Source of the DNA: Eledone cirrhosa
Taxonomy: Eukaryota
DNA: 64,000 nucleotides
NCBI GenBank assembly: GCA_964016885.1
Contig: OZ024744.1
Location: 64,666,001-64,730,000, forward strand
Direction of reading: 5' to 3'
Shown: in pieces, positions 51,245 through 64,000 of the stretch
Layout: each line of letters begins with the position of its first letter
Numbering within the stretch: the stretch's first letter is position 1
Notes under the pieces: generated by a model
Told to the model about the DNA's origin: nothing
Seen by the model: only the letters and a program-made list of their open reading frames with translations
The model's database searches: none
Made by a program: the position numbers and the translations under genes

Positions 51245-52560
51245 AATCTAAAAGAGTGCTGTTCTTTGTAGCTGTCCAATCTTCAAATTGACTCTAATCT
51301 TCTCTATCCACTTAGGAAGGTCACTAATCATTGTGTCCAGTATGATATCTCATAGGATTTTATATTTTCATTTTCAATCATACCATGTCTCTACTCCAAT
51401 TTGTACTTGCCACATAAATCCCAGCGTATAATTCTTGTGATATTGTGTTGCTTCATTTCTCTTTGCTTTAGCTTTGTACACTTACTAACAATATTCCATA
51501 CTGCTTCTCCTTTTTCACCACACATCCTGCACTTACCACTATCAGTTGTATGATCTATTTTGCACTTCACATAGTTTGTCCTGAGTGCTTGCTCCTGTGC
51601 TGTACAAATCAGTACTTCAGTTTCTGATTTCATGTCACTCTTTATCAGTCACTTCCATCTCCCATTTACATTGGCTTTTCTACCAACATCTCTTGCAAAT
51701 TGACCATGCATCCCTTTTTCTTTCTATCTACTTTCATGTTCTTCACCCCTTCTTTTGAATTCCTCCTTTCCCACACTATCATATATACGACAGGTTTGCG
51801 ATCGAGTCCATAGCAGTGGAGACTTCTGATGTCTTTGGCCTGAGGGCCACCTTCCTACTCACCATCATCGTTACAGAGTCAGCTACCTGCAGGTGTGAGT
51901 CTCATGAGCTGGAATGGCTCTTTCAGCACATCCCCCACATCATCCTCCAGAGAAACGCCTTCTCTATTCTGTCTGCTGGGGCCGTGGAAAGGCTAGTATG
52001 CTGGGGACACAGGGTGGCCAGCGCATGGGCCGCCAATTGCTCATAATAGTGATAGATGGGGAAAGGGGGGAGAGACAGAGGCAGTGACAGTGAGAATTTG
52101 GTTCCTCTGTGTTTGGACCTGGTGTATATGTATATGTTTCACAGACACACTCTCACACTGAGGCAGTCAATCATATATTTACTTATATATACCAACTATA
52201 TCTGACTTTTTAAACCTCCATCAAGAGTGCCTCTGTTGTATGCTTTATGTACCAACCAAAACTGTTTTCCACTGAGTTCACACAACCTTCACAGCATATC
52301 AGTCCTCTGCCACCTTTTTGACTTGATAAATACAGCCTATCAACATCACTTTTTGGGTGAAATGTACCAATACGTTATGAGGAGCTTTCTCATCCTCCTG
52401 TCCAGAAATTGCAATTTCTCCTTCTTCCAGTTAAGGACACCAGCATCATTCTTCAATAATCCAATTGCCAAGGTATTTATATTGCGATTGAATCCATATT
52501 TCTTTCCATTAGTGTTCATATTTATTTGCCTGTGTTTCTTGTTTGAAGTTGTGGACAAAA
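51245..52560 (-). pseudogene. R4/Dong-like LINE fragments (51245-51780 and 52225-52560) split by an LTR-like insertion
   Basis: ETEVLICTAQEQALRTNY...CRMC, LQRTALL and INTLAI...NW...LDRRMRKLL. Confidence 0.78.
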
Positions 52561-53808
52561 TCAGTTTGTTTCTTACATCAGCTGGTTTGATAAGAGACCA
52601 ATTAGATGGCTGGTTGGTTGGCTGGTTTTCTCAATTTAAAGCTGCAAGTCTGTTTCTCTGACTTTTTAGGGTGAAACCAATGTGAAGAAACAAGTAGAGA
52701 TAGTGTGAAAAACACCTGTGTATAAACTTGTAACCCCAGTGTGGCATAACACAAAGGTAACAGCCAGAAGCATAGCAAGTGATGAAACTGACAAATTAAT
52801 TTGACTGTTACTTGATCATATAAGGCATAGAACATCATCATCATCAACACCATCATCATCATCATCATCAACATCATCACCACAATCATCATCATCATCA
52901 TATCCATTTAGTGTCCATTTTTCCATGCTTGCATGAGTTAAATGGGTCTGGCCAGAGTTAGCCATGCTCCAATGAGGGTGGTAAATGTGGCTGGGTATTT
53001 TACAACTGGATGCCCTTCCTAACACCAACCACATTTACAGTGTGGAACTGGATGGCTCCATTACAAGGAGGGAAAGGGCAGTTGGTTGCACCAAACCCGT
53101 CTCACAACGTAGCCTTAGTTTGAACAATGGATGTAAAATGATGACACACTGTCTAATGGGAAAAAACAAAACAAAACAAAACAGCAATTATTTCAAATTA
53201 TTAAGTAAAATAATTAATATTTTATTCTTTTTCATTAATTGGTATATGAGGTTAGTGTCTGGAAAATAATATGACAAAACAGTTCTTGCATAAAATACTG
53301 AAGGACAATTTTAATTTAAATATGAAAAATTTTAAATGAGTAATTTTTCTTCCAGATAAATAGACAGGGCAGTCTAAGACAAGATGGTATCACATCAAAA
53401 AGGTAAGAAAAAGAAAAGAAAAGAAAAGAAACAAAGAGAATTCCTGTAACAAAGAATGATTATGTTTTTTTTTTAAATTTTCAATTGAACCAGAATTTTT
53501 AAAGCTTTTCAATTCTTAATTGATTTCACTCTAGATATGAACCATTCAAAGAGTCTCAAAAATATTGTCAGATCTTGTCTAAAACCAGGATTCTTTGTTT
53601 ACAAAGAAGATTTGTTTGTTTTTTTGTTGTTTATATTGAAAACTAAAAATATAAATTGTTTAAAAAATATTTGTAAACAATATTTGATGATGTATTTCTT
53701 TGTTTTTTTCTTAATTATTTTTGTTACTTTGTTTAACCTGCTGACTTATTTTTGAACAAAAAGATATCTAAACAATTTAAACAAAAAAGCATGTAAAGAA
53801 TATTATTT

Positions 53809-53856
<48 letters not shown>

Positions 53857-54589
53857 AATTTGAAATTCTTTTTTAAAATAATTTAATTGCTTCAAAATAT
53901 TTGAATTGACAAAGTTTAGAACATTCTGTGAATCATGGATTTATTGTGTATTAGATGTATTATGCAGAAAATAAATACACTGTCATATCACTTGTGTGTA
54001 ATTAATAACTCTCAAAAATATCTGTTTAACTCTTTAGCATTTAAATTGGCCATACCCGGCCAGAATTCTCTCAACTCTTTCTGTTCAAACTGGCCATAAC
54101 CGGCCACTCATACTAATGTTAAGGTATTGTTCTCAAAATTAATAATATCAAAATTCCATAGACTCGATAGTATGTGAGATAATTATGTGAGGTAAATTTT
54201 TTATCACAAAAATACAATAGTATATATAGAGTAATGTAAATGCTAAAGGGTTAAGGGTTTTAAAACATATACTAATATATATATGTATATATATATATAT
54301 ATATATATTAATTAAAGGTTAAAGCACCCAGCCCACACTGTATAGTGGTTGTGTAGATGTCATGACTAAAAGCACCCAGCACACACTGTAAATGTGGTTG
54401 GCATTAGGAAGGACATCCAGCCGGCTGGTTTTGCCTGTAAAATCTGTCCAGCGATTCTTTCCTGAGACATTCTAACCACATGCTCCCCCATAGTTTCGGA
54501 GCTGTAATCTCTCAATTTGGAGAAGTAGCGGCTCTACCTAAAGTGGCTTGCTGATCTCTAAGCTACACATTTATGAAGACGATTCCAGT

Positions 54590-55200
54590 TTGTAATAACA
54601 CAATTTCTCGATGAATAGATGAAATGGCCACTGCCATCAAACATCAACTCATCCATGCTCTCTGGAGTTAGTTATGAATTTTACATACAAGTTGACGAAT
54701 CAACAGTTGTGGTAAGTCAATGCTTGATGATGGTGTATGTTGTTTTATTTTTTAATGGAAATATTCAACTAGTTAAATGCTGTTCACTGATCGTTTGTGG
54801 CTTGAATGAAAAGGTACGTCTGTTTTAGATTTATTGAAGCTATTTTTTAATTAGCATAACATCCCATTGAACAATATTGCTGCCTGTGCATCTAATGGAG
54901 TGCCTGTTATGGTAGATACAGAGGTTTCTCTTGTCTCTTAAAACTTGAACTTTTGCATCCTGTTTTAAAAGTTCACTGAGTGGCTCACCAGCAGCAATTA
55001 GAAGCAAAAAATATTTATGGCAGGCTTAATGATCTACTGCAGTTAGTTATTAAAACTGAACAATCTAATCCTCTGTTTGAACACCTTTTCCATCAACTGT
55101 GCCTTGATAATGATGGTAATGTGAATTTTTTACACCATACTGAATTACTATGGTTGTTAAAAGCCAACAGTGTTTTTCATTTTGTTTAACTGTTTGAAAA
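54590..55200 (+). pseudogene. Degenerate hAT (Charlie/Buster-type) transposase
   Basis: IQVDEST...LMMVYV, ACASNGVPVMV (a D-G-A-P motif remnant) and LHHTELLWLLKAN (cf. LHTEVRWLSKG). Confidence 0.75.
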
Positions 55201-55648
55201 AAATTTTTTTTTTTTGAAAACACTGCACTATCTACTTCTCTGATTGCTTCATCATCATCATCATCATCATCAACGTTTAACGTCCGTGTTCCACGCTTGC
55301 ATGGGTTTGGACGGGGGTAGTCCCACTTGAGGCAAGAGTGATTGTCTTGCTCGCATAGGACTGTCTGGCAGGTTTTCTACAGTTGGATGCCCTTCCTAAC
55401 ACCAACCACATTTACAGTGTGGGTCTGGGAGGTTTTTACCGTGTTGCCTACACGGCCACATTACAGCGTGGACTGTGTGTTTTTTTGTCGTGACACCTAC
55501 ACGATCTCATTTGTTTCGGCCTCGATGGCGCGGCACCAACATAACTTTACATAGAACGGGGTGGTGTGGATGGGTGGGGGTGGTGGTGGTGGGACGGGGT
55601 GTATTTTGTTAGAGATGCCTACTGGCTGGAGTAGGTTTTACTATATAT

Positions 55649-56280
55649 TTAGGTAAGGCGGGTCTTCTCTGTTACTGAGTACCGCCAAAGGTCTCGGTCC
55701 AGTGACATTGTCTTGGGGAGGTGTAAGTGTGTGATGTCGGAGTTTATCAGCTCGTCCCAGGTTTTTCTAGGTCTGCCTATTCCGTGACTACCGTCTATCT
55801 TTATTGCCCTGCACTTTGTTATACAGCTATCGACTTTCATGCGCATCACGTGTCCATACCAACATAGCCTTCTCTCGAGTAAACAACATCTGATCCCTCT
55901 TATCTCTAATTTTTTCCTTAGTTCGTTTATGCTTTGCCGTTCACGTATATTACTGTTACACATCCAGCGGAGCATGCAAGCTTCGTTCCTCTCTAGTCTG
56001 CGTATATCCTCTGCACACAATGCCCAGGTTTCACTGCCATGCAGCATTGCTGTTCGTATGCAGGCATCGTACAACCTGCCTTTCATTTTTAGGGAGAACC
56101 CTTTAGCAGCTAATAGTGGTATAAGCTCTCTGAACTTTTTCCAACCAGTTCTGACTCTAGCTACAGTACTTTCAGAGCACCCTCCCCCACTGCTGATTTT
56201 ATCGCCCAGGTAACGGAAGCTGTCCACTATTTCTATAGAACCCTCTGCGCAATTGAAAGATATTTTCCTTACTGACATAT
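55649..56280 (-). mobile_element. RTE-like LINE 3' fragment with a 209-aa open frame
   Basis: VDSFRYLGD, GWKKFREL, HGSETW, WYGHVMRM and GRPRKTW. Confidence 0.88.
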
Positions 56281-56289
56281 TTGCTAACC

Positions 56290-56763
56290 TGAACCATAAA
56301 ACTAAATTATATCAAAGCTTTTTTGTCACACATTCTGTGACCCAAAAGTAGTCACTGAAGTGGTCACAGAATGTGTGATGAAAGAACTTTGATAATCAAC
56401 AACTGAACAACTATCCATTATTAAACTAACTGACAGGATATTATAATAATTGTTTCTACTTTTGGCACAAGGCCAGCAATTACCCAGTACATTACTGGTA
56501 CTTTATTGTATCGACCCCGTAAGGATGAAAGGCAAAGTTAACCTCGGCGGGATTTGAACTCGGACGTAACTATGCTGGAAAGCATGGCGTCCGACTCTCT
56601 ACTGATACTGCTAATCCACAGGATATTATAATAATGAATTGAAGTGAGACTCAATTGGCACATGTATTTTTATTGGCAACATGACCCTCCCAAAGTATAA
56701 TAATATCTGTCTCAACATACGTTTTCACATCGAAAATGTTTGCAAAACAAATACAAAAATGAA

Positions 56764-56770
<7 letters not shown>
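56290..56770 (+). mobile_element. PLE pLTR with a degenerate HHR (56351-56393), a short inverted head and a SINE insertion
   Basis: Homologous to 26205-26469; 56311-56342 is an inverted partial copy. Confidence 0.72.
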
Positions 56771-56814
<44 letters not shown>

Positions 56815-57145
56815 CACACACACACACACATATATAGTAGCTGGCTACTTTGTGTTGTCTGGGAAGATAGAGGAAAATTTCACATTCCTCTGCTGCGAAT
56901 TAAGTCACCTATGTAGCAGAATCTATCAACCATTTCTATGGAGTTTTCATGACTGGAAAAAGTTTATATCACTGATGCTTTTCTCATCGATTACTTCTGG
57001 GCTTCTAGTATATATGTAAACTTCCTTTCCTGTTAGTCTACTTGCTATCCCACAACCTCTTGTGTATCCAAGATTTGTATTGCATACATTGCATAGATTT
57101 TCTGCTTACCCCCTTTCTGCATATCAAGCAAGACCATTCCCCAGG

Positions 57146-57900
57146 CAGGGTGCTGTCAGTAAAGTGAGAGTAGGAATGGTTTTTGTGAGGAATTCCAGAT
57201 ACAAGTAGGAATACATCAGGGTTCGGTCCTCAGCCTGCTCTTGTTCATTATAGTCCTCCAAGCCATAACAGAGGAGTTTATGACTGGCTGCCCATGGGAA
57301 CTTCTCTATGCTGACGATCTGGTACTTATAGCAGAATCAGTAGAGGAGCTAGAGAATAAATTCTGGCTATGGAAACAGCAGTTGGAATCAAGAGGACTGA
57401 GAGTGAACCTAGCTAAGACAAAAGTGTTGATAAGTAGTAAAGAGGACAAAACTCTGATTCCATCAGGGAAATGGCCATGTTCGATATGTAGAAAAGGAGT
57501 TGGCATAAATTCTATAAAATGTACACAATGCAGATCTTGGGTACACAAGAGACGTAGTGGGATAGCAGGCAAATTAACAGGTAGGGAAAACTACATATGC
57601 AGTTGATGTTCAGGAAAAATTTGACTGTAGAAGTCGTAGTGATAGACACATTTTTCAAATGCAGGTAGGATCTATAGAGGTTGCTGATAGCTTCCGATAC
57701 TTAGGTGATCAGGTTAGTAAGGGAGGAGGGTGCTCCAAGGTCATAGTATCTAGAATAAGGGTGGGTTGGAAGAAGTTTAAGAAGCTGCTTCCTCTGTTGA
57801 CGAAAATCATGGGTGGAGGTGGTGAGAGCTGATCTCAGATCACTGAAGCTCACAGAGGAGATGACAAAAGACCGTGATGAATGGAGAGACAGACAAGTCA
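57146..57900 (+). pseudogene. RTE-like LINE RT core and Cys-rich region, internally deleted to the 3' end
   Basis: IHQGSVLS, LLYADDLVL, WPCSICRKG...C..C..WVHKR and SFRYLGD. Confidence 0.88.
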
Positions 57901-57904
57901 TTCT

Positions 57905-59240
57905 TCTACATATGGTTTATTTAAGGATCACCAGATAATAGATCAAATTACTCTGTCAAAGGTTTTTTCAAGATCAACAAAAGCTAAATATATCAGCTTA
58001 TTCTTGACTAGGAACTTCTCTTGTAGTTATCTCACTAAGAAAAGGGCATCTGTAATATTTTTCCCAGGTATAAAACTGATCTGCATCTCATCTAACTTTA
58101 CTTTCTCTCTATTTAGCTGTGCTAGAACTCTTTCCACCACTTTTATGACTTGATTCATTATTTTTATTCCTCTGTAGCTGTTCCTTTCTATAGCATCACT
58201 CTTGTAGCAATTAACATATTGTAGCAATTGTATATTACCTGATATACTATGCAGGTGACTAGTTTAGCTCCTACTTCTCTTGATGCTTTTCGCATCTTGG
58301 TGACTTTCTCTGATTACATCTTTGACTTTATAACTGGCGATTTCAATAGCTGGTCCCTCTTTTGGGTAAGTTTGGGGTAGTCTCTCTCCCTCCCATTCAT
58401 TCTCCACATTCATCAGCCTCTCATAGTAACATTTCCAGGCCTTTTGCATTTGAACATCAGTGGTGTTAAGTGTACCTGTATCATTTCTAACATACTTTTC
58501 TCCAACAACATCCTGATTCACACTGACATATTTCTTTGTAATGCGGAACACTTCATGTCTCTGATCCTTATGCTGTAAGACATTGGCAAACTATTTTTTT
58601 CATCCTCTTTCCAAGCTTCATATACCTGTCATATAGTTTATCTCTTATGCACCTGGTACCAGTCTCTGGTACCCCCATTTTCCAGTCTTTCCACGCTTGT
58701 CTCTAGGTCTTAATGGCTTTATCCACTATGTTGTTCCACCACCAGGTCACCCTCAGTCTGACTAGTGCTTTGTCCAGCCACAGGTCTCATCAATAGTTCA
58801 CAATAGGTTGTTACGGAAGAATTTCCAATTGTCCTCTATGTCATATATATCTAACTCATCTCTCCTCTCATCATATATATATCCCATAGAGCCTTTCTAA
58901 ATCTGTGTTTAACTGAAAGGTCCTTTAGCTTCCAAACCCTCCATCTCCATATATTTCTGTATATTTTGTTCTGTCTTGTGTTTATTCTGGTATCACTAAT
59001 AACTAACTTGTGTTATGGTGAAACTACCTATTCCATCGTCATTTTCTACCCAGAAAAGCTTGTATCTATGTTGTTTGCCTGTGCCTAGTCTCACTGAGGC
59101 ACCCCTCCATCTCACCTCCTGTACACAGCATACAATTACTTGTCTCCTTTCTAACAACTCCACAATTTCACTTGCTTTACCTTTTAGGGTACCAACATTG
59201 AAAGTGGCAATCCTGAGATTTGTAACTTGACAGTGTTTAG
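57905..59240 (-). pseudogene. RTE-like LINE N-terminal half (AP endonuclease remnant to RT domain 3); a C-terminal piece lies at 56830-57145 (-)
   Basis: LRIATFNVGTL, TWWWN, SYRGIKIM, FIPGKNITDALF and FVDLEKTFDRV. Confidence 0.82.
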
Positions 59241-61028
59241 TTCCTTGAGTAGCAGTTCTTTGTACCTGGAAGGGGAAAAAGGCTGTGTGATTGGTAGATG
59301 ACGATCAAGGTGTTCTTACTTATGGCCACTTTAGCTACCCTACTACTGTGTGCAGCACTAACATGACTAGTATTTGTCCTGTATATGCAATTAGTGTGAA
59401 TCTTGTTTTGTGCTTTCCATAATTTTGGCAGGGTTTTTTTTCTGGCTAGATGCCCTTCCAATCACTAACCACTTTTCAGTATTGACTGGCTGCAGTATTT
59501 GTGCCACTAGCACTAGAGAGGTTGTTTTACTGGACTAAAAAGTTTGCTCCACCCCATATCAGTTTTTATTCAGAGACCATGTCTGCAGTCATTTTTAATC
59601 AGAGACACTGTGCTCCTAGACAGGTTGCTTTCATTATTGCTTATGGAGTCCATGACTGTGCGTGTGTGTTGACATGAACAGTTGGATGTCAAACAAAGAA
59701 AATAGAAATTTTACTTTATACCAAGTCACTACAATACAAAATAACAGGATTTGAAAGATCTTAACCCTTTTGATACCGGCCCTAGTTCTATGATATAAAA
59801 CTGCTCATTTCAAAGTGTTTATATTTATCTAAGAACCTTCCATAATAATTAACTTTAATTAAACCAATTAATTTATACTAATTATACTAATAAAACAATT
59901 TATATATATATATATATATGTATACACACAAACACACAAACACACACACATATATATATGTAATATCTTCTCCTTCATGCAGGTACATGATAACACCACA
60001 ATGTCAAATTTTGTTCATTTTCAAGAGAAATTACTACTAGTTACTTTTGAAGTCTTCTTTGAACAGTTAGATATCAGTTTACCTAGAAAGAAACAGTGCA
60101 GTTATTAAGAAGAATTGTTGAAATTAATGCATGCAAGATTCTGTAACTCTAGCATCACTCCTTCATAGTCAGCCTATGGACTTTTCATTCCACCACTGTA
60201 GGTGACACTGTTATTGTTGTTGTCATCCCAGTTGCACATTAATTACCTCCACCCTGGTAAATAGCTGGGAAAAGCACAGCCGTTAGTTTTTCTGGGTCTC
60301 AACGGATCTAATATGCTATTTTTTTTTACTGTGCATCCAATGCTTGGTGGTAACCATTTTCTCTTTAAGTAACCAGTTCTTAACTAAGTTTAGCTTGCCA
60401 CCAGAAGCAGTAGCATGTGTGTGGCTGAAAAATGTCCCAGAGACAAAAATGAGAGTGAAGTGAGAACCTGTGTACCCATCCATGCCTAAAGACATCAAGG
60501 TATTCTTTCCACCAGCAGTACACCCCATACATACATATACATATATACACATATACATACATATGATGGCTACAAACTCTGCTAGGAATATTGCAATCGC
60601 TTGTCAGATTATAGAAAATGGTACACTTTCAGGCTATGGCCAGCCACACGAACCTGTAACATATCCTGAACAAGCAATGCCTGTGTTTTGAAGGTTTTTT
60701 AAGTGGAGAAAGGCCTTGCACTCGACCAATCCCACTCTCTGAGCATCGAAAACACTACCCAAAAAGGAGAACTGGTCAACATCATTGGATGCTTCCCAAG
60801 CCGCAGGTTTTTTTTAGTTTGCCTCCCTTAGAAAGATGTGACAACAACTGGGGGCCTTTTACTCTCAGGCGTAAAAAAACCCAAACTATTTGGATACTAA
60901 ATGGACGTAAAACGGTGATGATGATGATGATATATATATATATATATATATATACACCACACACAGACATATATATATATATATATATATAGAAAGATTT
61001 GAATGGATACAGTTTAGTTGAAAGGAAT

Positions 61029-61148
61029 TTATTGACACGTGTTTCTATAACAGTTACATAACCTAAAACAGCTGCTATCTACAAACTTTTAGTTATGCAG
61101 ACATTCAATATTTCAATGTTATTATTTACTGTCATTTCATCAGAATAA
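61029..61148 (-). ncRNA. Hammerhead ribozyme with a branched ~90-nt stem II
   Basis: ttatt-CTGATGA-a-atgacagt...actgttat-a-GAAAC-ACGT-GTC-aataa. Confidence 0.75.
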
Positions 61149-61531
61149 TATTACTGAGGACCTATTTAGTTTTTATAGAGAATATTAGGAGGGAGGGGTG
61201 AAGTTGTTAGAAGAATAGTTGAAGGAGTGGTTTTTCGATAGCAGTGAGAATTCTTGGTGGCAGTGAGTAATTAGATTCCCATCTGTTGTTTTGACATTTT
61301 TTATAGAATATATTATTGGTTATTTTTCTAAATCTATAGAAGGATTAGAGATAGTAAAGATATGCGTGGTTGGTTTTGTGTTTGCACTTAATTAACATTC
61401 AGACTTAAATTTTTCTTTCAAGTGTACGTATCCTTTCACCCACGCATTCACACACATATATACATACATACTCTAGTCCATGTGTACACACATACACATA
61501 CATACACATCCATATACACATATATACATAC

Positions 61532-61588
<57 letters not shown>

Positions 61589-61685
61589 AGCACTTTAATA
61601 CATGAATACACTTACATCTAACTATACACATCAAACATATATATATTTACTTATTTATATACATTTTCACATATATATACATACT

Positions 61686-61743
61686 TATGGACGTTTTTAG
61701 ACACATTCATTATCGCATATTTGTACCTATTCTCATCAGCATA
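61686..61743 (-). ncRNA. Possible degenerate hammerhead
   Basis: tatg-CTGATGA-gaa-taggtaca...tgtgtcta-AAAACGTC-cata; the GAAA box is altered. Confidence 0.3.
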
Positions 61744-62383
61744 TCTTTCCATTATTAGTGTGGTAATTTAAGGTTATTAATATATGTTGAGAAGAGATTG
61801 TTTTTATATTTTTCTAACTAGATTAAGGTTTATATAGTTGGGGGATGTCCCTCTTTTATGTAATATTCGGCTTGTAGTGGGAAAAAAGGGTTTTAGTTCT
61901 GTGACGGCAGAATAATGTTCGTTCAATTCTGTTATTCAGCAGTTTCTTCTTGTGTGTGATTATGTAATAAATCTCAAGATTACACAATTTGCAGAAATTT
62001 TGGCTCCTGGAAAAGCTTTGGGTTTTAGCTAATTTTTCCCATTTTAGGGTAAACTTTTGATCGCTATCCCTGAGCGTCCAAGCTTTTTCTGCTAAAGTTG
62101 TTACATTTCTTTGGCTCTGGTGTTTTATTGAGTAAGAATGTCTATACAATCGAGATTTAAACGATGTTGCCGTTGATCCCACGTAATACCACTCGTTGCC
62201 TCCGGATTTAATGGTACACTTATAAATAATATTTTTTTCCAGGCAGTTATTGCTGTATCCATTCAAATCTTTCTATTTTTCTCCGGATTACTTTTGGAAC
62301 TACAACTGGAACCGTCGAGCAAACTCTACGTGAGCTGATAATCTACTGTGTGTAATATTTATATTACAACACAACGGAAAATA

Positions 62384-62447
<64 letters not shown>

Positions 62448-62457
62448 GCCACACACA

Positions 62458-62488
<31 letters not shown>

Positions 62489-63344
62489 TCTTTATACTTA
62501 TAGTGATCTTCACCAGATCCAGAAGGTAAAATTTGACATTGGTTAAATAGAGGGGACTTAACAAAAATTAGAAGTGGTATATTTGGCAGATGACCAAAAA
62601 AATTGGCAACTACTCAGATGAAGAAAAGATGAGTGAGGTGGTCTGGTAAATAAGTATAGATATGCTTCAATGACTATCTACTTTGTATAGTTGCCAAAAT
62701 TGATCAAAATTGTAACAGAGTGAAGGATATTTTTTTTCAGACCTTGAAAACTTCTCCCATCCTTCCTTATTAACAGAGAAGCATGAGATGTAAACATCAT
62801 GTCTAAGATTGCTTTGCAAATGTGGATATTGCAAGAGATATCTAGGTGGATATATGTATATGTGCACATCTGTCTATACAAATACATATATGTGAAAGTG
62901 CATGGCTTAGTGGTTAGAGTGTTTGGTTCACTATCTTAACATTAGTTTGATTCCCAGCTACAACGCGTTATGTCCTTGAGGATGGCATTTTATTTCAAAT
63001 TGATTGAGTTCACTAAGCTGGTAAAAATGTGTTGTACCTGTAATTCAATGGGCCAGCCTTGTCATACAGTGTCATGCTGAATCTCTCTGAGAACTATGTT
63101 AAAGGTACACATGTTTGTGGAATGCTCAATTACTTGCATGTTAATTTTATGAGTAGAACTGATGGAGATCAAACAACATACCTAGGTGAGTCTATTTGTA
63201 CATCTGTGTACATTTATATTGGGACAGTTATCCAGGTGTGCATGTATATGGATGTGTGTGTGTGTGTTTATGTGTGTGTGTGTGTATGTGTATGTATCTG
63301 TGTACACAGATACATATACATATATGTGTACACAGATATATATA

Positions 63345-64000
63345 CTCCTTTAATCTCCTGGAAGGAGGAGGTAAAGAGCAAAATGTTTCAGCCAATGGCA
63401 GCGGTGCAGCCAAGGAAAAACAAGATCAGGCCGGTACTGGACAAATTGGACCATACTAGCAATACGGTTACAGATGTCTGCAGGAAAACCTTGTGAGATT
63501 GGAAACAGATGATGGGGGCTTTCGCAATCATTGACTTGAAATTGGTGTATCTATAGCTACATGTCACTGAGAAACTATGGAAGTACCTGCTGGCAAGATA
63601 TAAGGGCCAGACATACTATCTAACCCAGGATGGGGTTTGGTTGGAATTCAGCACTGAAGATTGTGGTGATGGTTCTCAAGGCTATCCTGGGAAAGTTGGA
63701 TGAGGTGAAAAGGACTGCCAATTCCTACATTGATGTGGATGAGACCGTGGTGTCGGCAGTAGAGGTCATAGACAACCTAAAGAGGTTTAGATTAACTGTG
63801 AACCCACTGGAGGTGATGGGAGGAGGAGCTGCATTAGGGCTCAAGCTTCAAAGAGTCATGGTGGACTTGTTGGTATTTCAAAGAGGAAATGAAATCCTGG
63901 AACTGAGCACTAGCATGAACGAACGAGAACTGTTCTTGATGTGTGGGAGACTGGTGGGCCATTATCCAATTGCAGGGTGGCTCCAAACAACATGTAGCCA
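63345..64000 (+). pseudogene. Degenerate LTR-retrotransposon reverse transcriptase
   Basis: PMAAVQPRKNKIRPVLD, IIDLKLVYL, RYKGQTYYLT, GFGWNSALKI and NSYIDV; contains stops and frameshifts. Confidence 0.7.

Larger units (their letters stand above)
60990..62274 (-). mobile_element. 5'-truncated PLE: GIY-YIG ORF (61856-62250), 3' UTR and HHR pLTR
   Basis: NIIYKC...YVGSTATSFKSRLYRH and CKLCNLE...NNRIE...CRH; flanked by (TA)n-containing direct repeats. Confidence 0.87.

Noticed and set aside
53811-53853. Poly(A) as a processed-pseudogene tail
   Set aside because: No upstream ORF or TSD identified.
60240-60560. 80-aa minus-strand ORF
   Set aside because: Starts in a microsatellite, has no recognisable domain, and stops follow; probably a decayed repeat.

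Overview
AT-rich, microsatellite-laden eukaryotic DNA made almost entirely of repeats. The dominant tRNA-derived SINE suggests an octopod cephalopod (inference). No intact long protein-coding gene is present, and most listed ORFs are translations of (TA)n, (CA)n, (ATGT)n or (GGT)n runs. Supportable content: about 20 copies of one SINE family; degenerate Penelope-like elements (PLEs, with RT and GIY-YIG fragments); RTE-like and R4/Dong-like LINE fragments; solo LTRs; a non-autonomous LTR element with a tRNA-Trp PBS; hAT, piggyBac and Tc1-type MITEs; a non-autonomous Helitron; and possible host exons. The main signal missing from the ORF track is about 14 intact-core and 5 degenerate minimal type I hammerhead ribozymes (HHRs), in roughly six or seven sequence families. 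They lie in PLE pseudo-LTRs (pLTRs) or short non-coding units, usually next to (TA)n tracts and often in large fold-back palindromes. Several have long stem II insertions and a mismatched 10.1-11.1 position. All calls were made by eye, and repeat boundaries are approximate.
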